Under the pieces are notes generated by a model. That model was not told the origin of the DNA. It ran no database searches and worked only from the letters and a program-made list of their open reading frames with translations. A DNA stretch of 63,327 nt, filler included, from Lenisia limosa (taxonomy: Eukaryota; Protista; Breviatea): NCBI GenBank assembly GCA_001655205.1. It is 7 parts of 7 records of this genome, joined end to end, with 100 filler letters (N's around TTAATTAATTAA, not from the genome) between each part and the next. Parts side by side here need not be neighbours in the genome. Positions count along the whole stretch, not along the records: positions 1 to 13,212 come from LPNZ01007735.1; 6 more parts are not named here. One strand, written 5' to 3'. Of this stretch, positions 1-12,000 are shown in pieces (positions within the stretch are counted from its first letter, which is position 1; every line of letters starts with the position of its first letter). Both the position numbers and the translations under genes were made by a program.

Positions 1-1
1 A

Positions 2-3000
2 CCCCCACATTCGGCCTCAATTGTAATAATCTTGCTGACGGTGCGGCAGTGGGACCGTGCCGTTATAACCATGGTGTAGTTTCCTAATATGGTAAGTTGC
101 TGTTTATAGTTCTTGAAAAAGTTGAGGATAATCAAAGAAAAAACCAGATTAGAGATTCAAGCAAATAATACCAGTAAAAATGGGGGGGGGGGGGNNNNNN
201 NNNNNNNNNNNNNNNNNNNNNNNNNNNNNNNNNNNNNNNNNNNNNNNNNNNNNNNNNNNNNNNNNNNNNNNNNNNNNNNNNNNNNNNNNNNNNNNNNNNG
301 AGAGAAAAAAACCCTGAGATAACAGAAAGTATCCAAACAGTTACAAACTAGTGAGAAGAGAAGGTGATAGGTTGAAGTGAAGCTAAACCAATCATACCAG
401 CAAGGATGGGAACGAAGGTCGCGATGTTATCATGAGCTACAAATCCGAATGTGGGAGCTTGGTTGGTCGAAACGTCTGAAGGGTAAAATACTACGGCGCT
501 TTTTGGGATTCCGATGAAATTGTTCGAATTTTCTTTATTTACATGAAAATCTGAAGAAATATTATATGAAATGTGTCAGGTAGGGATGAGTAGGGCTTCG
601 ATCCAAAAAGGACAAGCGTTATCGATAAATCGTTGACTTTATTCATTTCCCTTCCTCCCACTACCCACCTTTGTTAATAATCATTAATAAGGATTTCAGT
701 TCACCTTTAATTCCTCACACTTTCAGTATCCAGACACCTTTCTGATATTTCACCACTAACCAGCTACTGGCCTGGGCTTTGTGTTGCTTGCCAACAAAGT
801 TGATTTTGGGNNNNNNNNNNNNNNNNNNNNNNNNNNNNNNNNNNNNNNNNNNNNNNNNNNNNNNNNNNNNNNNNNNNNNNNNNNNNNNNNNNNNNNNNNN
901 NNNNNNNNNNNNNNNNNNNNNNNNNNNNNNNNNNNNNNNNNNNNNNNNNNNNNNNNNNNNNNNNNNNNNNNNNNNNNNNNNNNNNNNNNNNNNNNNNNNN
1001 NNNNNNNNNNNNNNNNNNNNNNNNNNNNNNNNNNNNNNNNNNNNNNNNNNNNNNNNNNNNNNNNNNNNNNNNNNNNNNNNNNNNNNNNNNNNNNNNNNNN
1101 NNNNNNNNNNNNNNNNNNNNNNNNNNNNNNNNNNNNNNNNNNNNNNNNNNACTTCCCTCACAATACCATTATTATAACCTCATAAAACAAAAGACCGTCA
1201 AAATATTGATATTTATCGAGGACTTATCAGGAAATTCGGTCTGTCTTGGGACCTAATGCAGTAACCCCCCCCCTCTCACATACAACTCTTTGCACACCCC
1301 TCCCCTCCTCCCCACTCGAGGGTCGAGACTAATGGAAAGATCCTCAAGAGGCACAGTGATCTCCAAATCAGCACATGGGGCTACGCGAGTAATAAGAAAT
1401 TTGTGAAATAAAAATAAATATGTATTGTATGTGTGTGGGTGTAACGATCATACTGTGTGTGTGTAAAGGAGTATTTTGTGTGGATGATAATAATCTCCAA
1501 ATCGCCACATGGGAGGAGGTAAGCGGGTAAAATAGTCGTATTGAAGTGAGAACAAGACTGTGATTTTTTCAATTAATTGAAGAAAAATACAAATAATTCA
1601 CATTCCGCAGGAGAGGGGGGGGGGGAGATAAAATGGAAAAGTTATGAACAAAAACAATGTTGATTCAATGCCTTATTGCAACCCATCCCTCCTCCCACCA
1701 TGAATTTCAATAGGGTTACTGACGTATGTTTCGCAGTCCTCGAGGAANNNNNNNNNNNNNNNNNNNNNNNNNNNNNNNNNNNNNNNNNNNNNNNNNNNNN
1801 NNNNNNNNNNNNNNNNNNNNNNNNNNNNNNNNNNNNNNNNNNNNNNNNNNNNNNNNNNNNNNNNNNNNNNNNNNAAAAGAAAAACAGCCCCACCATCGAC
1901 ATCAGGTACGAAAACGGTTCCTGCCGGTCTCAGGGCCTCCATATCAACGCTCTCGAACTTGCTGTACTGAACAGTGGTGGTGCTCACATTGTCAATGGTG
2001 GTCGTCTGAGGGAGGGTCATTATGTGCACATTGATATATAATATTTAATATATAGTATTACTATATGAGGTTGTCTAATGGGTTAGTCACACGCACCAAT
2101 ACCCAATACCCCACGCGAATAGTTGTATCTCCAATGACTGTTGTGGTGTTCCCAGTGGCCAATGATATAAAGGTCTGAATAGCGTAAAAAAGATGTAAAA
2201 ACAGCAATAATAATATTCAAAAAAAAAAAAAAANNNNNNNNNNNNNNNNNNNNNNNNNNNNNNNNNNNNNNNNNNNNNNNNNNNNNNNNNNNNAGATGTT
2301 GACAGGATAGTTAGTTGAAATTATAGTTCGTTCTGATCATAACAGTGGCCTTGTTAGCATCAAATCTCATGTCTTACTCTGGGCTATTAAAATATATCGA
2401 TGATTTATAGAGAATTCAGTCATTTTATGGATCAGAGTGAAGCTGCTTTATTGCATTGTCTAGAAAACGCTCAAGTACATACATATTGTAGATACGATAT
2501 CGGATTAAAGACAAAAAGAAAAAGGTTGTCTTATTGATGGCTTGTGCCTCTATTGACTTTTGATATCAAAAATAATAATAAAATAACACGAAAACATCAG
2601 TTCTAACTTACCTCAGTAGTGGGGGTGTAGATAGAGTTATCAGGAGCTTCAATGACAGCCCAATAATGGGTGTAGTCGTCGAAGGACTTGCCAAGGTCGA
2701 AAATGGTGTTCTGGGGGGTGAAATACTGTTTTTGAATCAATAGACAAAAGAGAAAAACAAAGACCGAGATAACAAAAAGTTCAGTTACGAACCAGTGAGA
2801 GTAGGAAGAATTGGGGAACAAGATCCTTCCCATTCTTGGCTTTTTATTTTCCCCTANNNNNNNNNNNNNNNNNNNNNNNNNNNNNNNNNNNNNNNNNNNN
2901 NNNNNNNNNNNNNNNNNNNNNNNNNNNNNNNNNNNNNNNNNNNNNNNNNNNNNNNNNNNNNNNNNNNNNNNNNNNNNNNNNNNNNNNNNNNNNNNNNNNN

Positions 3001-6000
3001 NNNNNNNNNNNNNNNNNNNNNNNNNNNNNNNNNNNNNNNNNNNNAAAAACTCTGTTGGCTAGCAGCAAAGGAGGGTTGGAAACTACAAAAACAACAAAGC
3101 TTGGGGTTGTTATTCAATTTAACATATTATTTCTTCAAAATAATATTTATCGAGACATTCGGTCGGAAACCTCCTAACAAGCCCCGCTGACCTGGAGTGC
3201 GGGCGAATATTGATCGGGAACTGCTTGCACGTTACAATGATGACCTAAGGGAGAGGTCAAAACGAAAGAAAATGGTATGAAACAAAAAAGCCCAAAATAA
3301 ACTCTGTTGGAAANNNNNNNNNNNNNNNNNNNNNNNNNNNNNNNNNNNNNNNNNNNNNNNNNNNNNNNNNNNNNNNNNNNNNNNNNNNNNNNNNNNNNNN
3401 NNNNNNNNNNNNNAGAACCGAATAATAGCATTTGGGAAGTACACATGTGTGCTAAAACTCTGATGAAGATAAATCAATTGAGAAACTCTTTATCACATTT
3501 ATCACATTTATCAATACATAGTATATGATAATTTATATCTATTATACATATAGCTAGACAAAATTTTTTAAACCAAATACAAACCGCTGTTGCTGAGGCT
3601 TCAGTGCCGCAAGACAGGGTGTACGTCCACTTCAAAGTGTAGTTACCAGGTACGGCGGTATCGAACGTGTAAAGTTCGTCAAAAGCTGAAAAGGGATAAA
3701 ATTAAATATGAAGACGAGTTTTAAAAAAAGGTTGATGTGGACGGCCTTGGTCCCAGGTAAAAAATTTCCATAATATTAACAATAATAGCTATATCATATA
3801 ATATGTATTTCTCATCAACTATTATATGATATACCCCTCCCCCCGCGAACTATTGCTGAAAGTTGCTCCAAGAGGCCCTTCATAACTACTGGGTAAATGT
3901 GCGTGAACGTGCAGCGTTAAAAGGTTGGCTTGAAAAATGTAGATAAAATATTGAGCGTTAACGAGAATTGATCGAGGAATTCAGTCTTTTTTTTTGATCT
4001 AAAGTGGAAAATATATGAAACAAAAAAAAAAAAAAGAAGCCCGAATCAACAATGTTGNNNNNNNNNNNNNNNNNNNNNNNNNNNNNNNNNNNNNNNNNNN
4101 NNNNGAGATTAGAGGCAAGTTACACGAGTAAGACTGCCAGTTCCATAGCATCAAGTTTCTTTTGTTAAAGGAAATTGAAACAATTATTATGCACCAAGTG
4201 ATAGTTCTCTATCGCAAATGAAAGTAGCCAAAAGATAAAACCCACCTGTTTTTTTATTCTATTTTTTTTTTATATTTAGCCCCTCTCCCCGCGCCTCGTA
4301 CGAGAAAACTCTCCCTGCGACTTGGGAAGTGTCGTTTAGACNNNNNNNNNNNNNNNNNNNNNNNNNNNNNNNNNNNNNNNNNNNNNNNNNNNNNNNNNNN
4401 NNNNNNNNNNNNNNNNNNNNNNNNNNNNNNNNNNNNNNNNNNNNNNNNNNNNNNNAGAGGGTATTGATCTAATATATTTATATGTATGTCACCCATCGGA
4501 CAAACAAAGCCCCCAAGGCAGCAAACAACCAATACAGCGGCTCACATTCAACACTAAGAGTGAGGGGCGATCCAATGGTCATTTCGAAGGACGTTTTCGC
4601 CGTCTTATTTACAACGGTTTGCTCGTCAACAAAGACGGCAAAGCCCTCGGGGCACGTACGTATGTAGGTCACTTGGACCAACTCAGCTGTCTGGCCACAA
4701 GCGGTGGTGACTATAGCCTGGGGGAGGGGAATTGGAAATTTGAAACAAAATTTGAAGGATTGCTTTTTGATTGAATCCCTAACAATTATGAGTCCCAAAT
4801 TTCTCTCCCATCATCCATGAGAAATACAGTTTTTTTTCATCCTATTTTTATTCCCCAATTTCTGAGCCGCAAGCCCCCCGCACCTTGAAAACGTGGGTTC
4901 CGGGTCCCACAGTAACACTGGCCGTCTCAATGGTGGTCATGAAGATTGGAACAGGGCTAAGGAGTTACCCATGGGCGAATGAGATGGGAAGTAAACACAC
5001 AACCCCCCCCCCCCCNNNNNNNNNNNNNNNNNNNNNNNNNNNNNNNNNNNNNNNNNNNNNNNNNNNNNNNNNNNNNNNNNNNNNNNNNNNNNNNNNNNNN
5101 NNNNNNNNNNNNNNNNNNNNNNNNNNNGGCAGAGTCCCAATAGCAGCAAGCTGGAGGAATGAGGGGGGTGGCTGGGATAGAATTGGGGATTGTGTGTGTG
5201 TGTGTGTGTGGGATAGGAAATTGTTCTAAAAGCCCAAAATCATCTCTGTTGGCAAGAAGCACATGATCTGTAGCAACACATCTCACTCCGTTCCCGGATC
5301 TTTATGATCCTGTTCCAATAGAGACTTTACTACAAAAAAAAACAAAAAACAGAAGCTCCGACCTGTTCTTCGGGGATAGTGAGCTTGAAGGTGTTATCGA
5401 ATGTGGCAGCTGCTTCGATGACTTGAATCTAATACAGGTTAATGTGACATGTAGAACTGAAGGTTACTGTAACAAGTAGGGCTTCACTTAGGTTCGAAAA
5501 AAGACTGAATTTCTCGATATATCCTCAACAATTAACGAATTTTACAGGGATTTGTCGAACCGAAGTGAAGCCCTTGTAACAAGTAGAAATAAAGGTAGAT
5601 GTCATTAGATCTGGCACATATTAATACCTGACAGTTTCAAGGTGTTTCTTCTAACATGAAAGTGACACATAATTCCTTGAAAAACTGAAAAAGAGAGAGA
5701 ATTACACTACGGCGCATGACTTGGGTCTCCCTTGTATTATTTGGGAATCCCATAAATAACTTCGGATTTCCATAAAATTACATGGGATTCCCATTTAAAA
5801 TAAGGGAATTCCCAATTTTTTCACAAGAATCCCAAGTCGATGCGCCTTAGTGTAATTGCACAAGCGTACCATTGGAAGGGCGGCGGGAAGGGCATAAGTA
5901 GTGGTGTTACAGTACGACGGAATTTCGAGTGAAACTGTTACTACTTCACAGTCCTTGGTTGCAACGAGTGTTACCTGGGGGGTAAGAATGGGATATTAAT

Positions 6001-9000
6001 GAAACAATAACAACAAAAAAAAAGAAGCTTAAAATTAAATCAGCTGGCTACCCCCCCCCCCCTCACAACCGTGGTCACCATCACAGTAGTCACCACAATT
6101 GTCATCATCACCACCACCACCATCATCATCACCATCAACACAACAACAACAACAACATCACCANNNNNNNNNNNNNNNNNNNNNNNNNNNNNNNNNNNNN
6201 NNNNNNNNNNNNNNNNNNCACCCCCTCCCCCCACAGTGTAGTTCATTTGGTGTTCGACAATGACGGCGTTCGAAGTGGCAGAAGTTCCGAATGGCTTGGT
6301 TTCTTCCTCGGTAGACTAGAGAGGGTTATTAGAGTTTATGTTCACTTGTGGTTATTATGTTTATAGTCTTTGTGGATTGTTTTTTAAATAAATCAATTCA
6401 AACAAACAAAAAAAAAAACAGAGCTAATAGACTTCCCTCNNNNNNNNNNNNNNNNNNNNNNNNNNNNNNNNNNNNNNNNNNNNNNNNNNNNNNNNNNNNN
6501 NNNNNNNNNNNNNNNNNNNNNNNNNNNNNNNNNNNNNNNNNNNNNNNNNNNNNNNNNNNNNNNCTAACTAAAAACCACCACCACAATATTTGATCTTTGA
6601 ATATAAAAAGAAAAATAATAAAAAAATAATAAAAAAATAATAAAAAAATAATAAAACAATAAAAATAACACAAAGCCAATACCCCACAGAAATGGTCCAG
6701 TAATAAGAATCAGCGTTCAGGGTTTCGGAAACAGTGACGGTGGGAGTGGGGTACGAGCCGCCGTTGTGCTCGATGGGGAGTGCAGAGGAGGCAACGAGAT
6801 GGAAGTTGGGCATGGTCTGGTGAGGAGTAAAATTGGAAAATTATGAAACAAAAAAACCCAAATCAACTCTGGTGGGGTGGTGGTTAGGGTCACATTTATC
6901 GAGGATTTAAAGGTTTTTTTTATCTTTTTTTGGAACCGAAGTGAAACCCCACACCACCACCGTCTCGAAGCCCTACCTGTGCGTCAGTGGGACAAATGGT
7001 TGTCACAACGGCCTTGGCGGTTTCACCTCTTCCACACCTGCGAACTGCAGTGACCGCCAAAATGTACGAGCCTAGGGAGTGAGAAGGAATGGTGTGTGTC
7101 TGATTGTACAAAGAGAGAGAGAGAGAGAGTGTGTGTGTGTGATTGGGTGATTGATATATGTATTTGTGTGTGTGGTTGTGTTCTATATGTGTGTATGAGA
7201 GACGTAAAGAGAGTCGTGCTACTGTGTTCTCTCTCTCACTCTCTCTCAAAAAGGGATTCAGTATTGAAGGTGTATGTCATTATGTCTCTCTATGTGGTGT
7301 GTGTGATTCTGTCTCCCTTGAGCCTTGTATCTCTTTCTCTGTGTATCACACACCCAAAACCACGCATACAGGGAACATTAGGCCTGAACCCAAAACCACA
7401 GCATACCAGGAGCATCAGGCGTGAACCGAGTAGTGTAGTTGTTGGAGAGGGCAATGAAGCTCAAGTCGTCGTCACTCAGTACTGAGTCTCGAGGAACGGA
7501 TTCGAATGTCCATTCACTGAAGGGGTAAAAAATGTATGTGTTGAAATTGGAAAATGTATAAGTAGGGCTTCCCTACGGTCCGAAAGAGACCGTTTAAATA
7601 TCGATATTTATCGAGGATTTCTCGAGAAATTCGGTCAAATTGGGACCGTAGGAGAGCCCTTTGTATTAAACATTGGCTGGGGTGAATCGGAAAATGTATG
7701 AAACAACAGCCCCCCCCCCACTAGTGGATATTAGCATCGTCATCCGAGATGCCGGCGTCAAGGGTAACCTCGCTATATCCAGTGGTGTATCTAAAATATA
7801 AATAATGTAGCTAATGCAAGAACTGTTTCCAAAAATGCGAATCTCCCCACGTGGAGGTGGTAATAAATATAATGAAAAGAAAACAAGTAATAATAAATAA
7901 TAGTAATAATAAATTGAAATAGAAAGTAAAGAGATGAGAAATAAAACAAGGTTGACTTGAGCCGAAGCCATCCACACCATCACGCAGAAATAGGATCAAC
8001 AACAACACCACCACTACCACCAACAACAAAAATAACAACAACATTAATGATAATCAAAAACAACAACAACAACAAAAAAAAAANNNNNNNNNNNNNNNNN
8101 NNNNNNNNNNNNNNNNNNNNNNNNNNNNNNNNNNNNNNNNNNNNNNNNNNNNNNNNNNNNNNNNNNNNNNNNNNNNNNNNNNNNNNNNNNNNNNNNNNNN
8201 NNNNNNNNNNNNNNNNNNNNNNNNNNNNNNNNNNNNNNNNNNNNNNNNNNNNNNNNNNNNNNNNNNNNNNNNNNNNNNNNNAAGATGATCATCCTTTTGC
8301 CTGAGCTCACCGAGGCAGTTTTCAGGGGTAGCGTCAACGACGTCCCCTCCAGATTCCATATTAGCGTCCTGGTAGAAAATGACCTTCGGCGCAGAGTTGA
8401 GGTCCAAAATGGCCACAGCACAGACCAGGACTGCGGGATTATAGTTAATATCCAGGAATATTGTAACATAGAAAGGGGTCACAATAGGCATTATCATATC
8501 TATTAAATAAGGAGATGGGTTTGATAAAATTGGACAATTTTTGAAACAAAANNNNNNNNNNNNNNNNNNNNNNNNNNNNNNNNNNNNNNNNNNNNNNNNN
8601 NNNNNNNNNNNNNNNNNNNNNNNNNNNNNNNNNNNNNNNNNNNNNNNNNNNNNNNNNNNNNNNNNNNNNNCTTGAGAAAGAGGGGGGGGGGTAGAGCAAT
8701 ACAAGGCCCAAAGAGGCCCAAAGAGGTAGAACAATAAAACTTGGCCTTACCGTCATCGTAGCTGGTTCGGGTTTCGGTGTACACTTCTTCAGTGGTGGTG
8801 TTCACAACGGTTTGCTGTTGGAGTGTGAGGTGTGTCATGTTTTAAGAAGTTTGCTGTGTGAGGTGAATGGCGTTTTAAGCGGTTTGTGCGAGGTTTAATA
8901 ATAGGGCTTCACTTCAGATCGAAAATATCGATAGTTTTCGAGCATTTATCGAGAAATACACTCTTTTTTCGAACTGAAGGGAATCCGTAATCCCAAGTCA

Positions 9001-12000
9001 CAGAAAATATCTCCTCCACCCAGCCTGAGACACCTAATTATTCCTCCAGCCTTTGACACCTAAATATTAGGGCTTCACCTTAGGTTCCAAAAGACGGATA
9101 AAATATCGATATTTATCGAGGATTTATCGAGAATTCAGTCTCTTTTGGAACCGAAAGTGAAGCTCTATTAAATATTCCCCCAACCTTAGATATAGAGCAA
9201 TGGGAAATAAAAATAAGGATGTATCTGGCCGAANNNNNNNNNNNNNNNNNNNNNNNNNNNNNNNNNNNNNNNNNNNNNNNNNNNNNNNNNNNNNNNNNNN
9301 NNNNNNNNNNNNNNNNNTATTCCTCCAACCTTGGATACCCGGGTAACGTCGTCCCAGTTTTTGGAGCCGAAAACATGCTGCAGAGGGACGGTGGAGGTTG
9401 AAGAAACTCTGATAATCGTCAGAGCGGATATACATTATATACCAGATTATAAATATGATAATACATGATATATCGATATATACTATGAATATATCATATA
9501 TCACACCGTCCATAATTCTGTGATTTTCCGATATCTGTGATTTTTTGAAAAATGTAAGTTTTTTGGTTTTTAAGGACTGTTGTTACCTAAATAGTGTCTT
9601 TGCTTCTTGTTTAAATTGAGAAAAATTACTAATGGAAGAAAAACAGACAAAACTCAGACAAAATATTGGGAACATGGGGAGAAACAGAAGAAAAACACAC
9701 TGTTTTCATGTTTTGTTAAAAATACCTCCGCTTGGAATCGAACCCAGCACCTCAGGAGTCCAAGACACGATTTTGAGCTTCCACTGAGAAGAACTGAAAC
9801 CCGGGTACCCGGTTGCCTTTTCACCGTTTATTTTGAAACCCCCTTTTCAAAAGTTAGTGTAATTTTTACTTAAATAAGGTTTGAACATCAAAAAAATAAA
9901 ATTGACTGAAAATTCCTTTTCTGAGGTTGGTTTGGGGTAAAATTGAAATTATGTTCAGTTATTAATCAAATTTCTAGAATGATAAACTTGGATCAGCATG
10001 TTGGACGCTATACAACTTGGAAAGATATTCCTGAGCCTGTGAAAGTTGCTTATTTAACTGCGCAGTGTGAAAAATATGAGGCAGCCTTAGCAATTGCTAA
10101 AAGTACCAAGGTATGAGTCAATGTTGGAGTTTATTATTCAGACAAAATGCTTCCTTGCAAATTTCACTCGCTATATTCCTAATATTCAACATTTTGAAAA
10201 CGTCACAGATGAGCTGTCATTTCCAGATAGTCACCGGGCATTTGATAGATATAAAGAAGGTTTGAATGCATGACATCATCTCATATTTTGGAAAGCCTGT
10301 TTACAGTATTATCCCTGGACGGAAAACTGATAGAAGAAAATCCGTCAAACTATCTCAACAATCAAAGACATTCACTCAGTAAGCCTTTTTTTTGTCTTTG
10401 TTGATTCTTTAGAAAGGCTTACATATTGATCACAAAACTGTTTCTCAGCTTGCAAAGCAGCATGGAGTTTCATGGAAACGATAGAAGAAGGTGGAAACAA
10501 AGCAAGGCGCAACCCTCGGTCCAGAGACGATTGATGCTACTGGTGGAGCCACTGAGGTTTGAAAAAGGCAGTTGGAAAGAAAGGCTGGTGGAGGTTTGTT
10601 TATTATCGCATATTTAACATCCAAGAAAGAGGAAGAGCAAGACNNNNNNNNNNGGAGGGAAAAGAGGTCGCAGTACTCGTGGAAGATAATGTCATTTTTA
10701 TCGGTTATGTTGTATTTTTGGCAAAAATATATGTCTTTTTGTCTTTATTTTTTGCAAATAGTGTGTTTTCAACAAGAAAATTCGCATACTCTTCAAAATG
10801 TATCAAAAAAAGTTGCATCAGTACTTTAAAGCAAAAAGAGAGTGAATAAACAGGCAAAAGAAAGACTAAAATATCCAAAAAACGAATTATTTAAAAAATC
10901 ACAGATATATGGACGGTGTGATATATATATATTACTATACATGTGTATAATATATCATTTGTATAATAGAACATACAATAGTATATACAGCGACCAGGAT
11001 AAGTCTTGACCGATTTTCCATTGAGAAATTAGAAGCAAATTGGTCAAGAGTTATCCCAGTCACTGTACATATCCTGGATCGGATGCCCAGGCCACTCACT
11101 CGTCAGTGGAGACGTCTGTAATGGTGTTCCGGACCACATCGTCTTCAACGGTCTTGAAAATCTTCCACTAAAAAGTAAGTCAAATAAAAGAGGCAGCACA
11201 GAGATAAAAAAAAAAAAAAGGNNNNNNNNNNNNNNNNNNNNNNNNNNNNNNNNNNNNNNNNNNNNNNNNNNNNNNNNNNNNNNNNNNNNNNNNNNNNNNN
11301 NNNNNNNNNNNNNNNNNNNNNNNNNNNNNNNNNNNNNNNNNNNNNNNNNNNNNNNNNNAACAAAATAATAAAAAAAACCACAAACAAAAATTGCCTACCT
11401 TAATCATGGAGGGAGTTGAGGAGTGAAGAACGGCCTTCTTCCCAACGCCTGCCTCCAAAACCCAGTCAAATGACACCTGAAATGTGAGTTCCATGCAATC
11501 ATCATCATTATCAATATAGAAGTCTGTACAGAATGTGCATTATTGGTATTTTTCTTCCTTAATTATTGATACATTTACATTCTTTTTCAAAAAAAATATA
11601 GAAGTCTCAAGAATCCCCCCGCAGAGAACACTCCACCCACGGAAGACTCAATATCACCGAATGTGAAAACAAGGTCCTGGGCGANNNNNNNNNNNNNNNN
11701 NNNNNNNNNNNNNNNNNNNNNNNNNNNNNNNNNNNNNNNNNNNNNNNNNNNNNNNNNNNNNNNNNNNNNNNNNNNNNNNNNNNNNNNNNNNNNNNNNNNN
11801 NNNNNNNNNNNNNNNNNNNNNNNNNNNNNNNNNNNNNNNNNNNNNNNNNNNNNNNNNNNNNNNNNNNNNNNNNNNNNNNNNNTAAAAATTAGGGCTCCGT
11901 GCAAATAATTGAAAAAGTATTTCAAAAATCTGAAGTTAGACATATTGTCACAAGTGCATATTCTATTACTCGTTCAAAAAAATAAAAAAAAAATTTATCG

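Larger units (their letters stand above)
9502..10920. mobile_element. Non-autonomous TIR DNA element with CAC...GTG ends (CMC/Transib-like termini) carrying a spliced ORF
   Basis: Left end CACACCGTCCATAATTCTGTGATTTT. Right end AAAAAATCACAGATATATGGACGGTGTG. Weaker inverted similarity continues to about 60 bp. ATAT flanks both ends, within TA-rich sequence. It lies inside intron 9409-11099 of the giant gene. Confidence 0.75.

Noticed and set aside
6920-7424. ORFs over (GA)n/(GT)n tracts
   Set aside because: This is an intronic microsatellite; only the 6977-7075 exon is coding.
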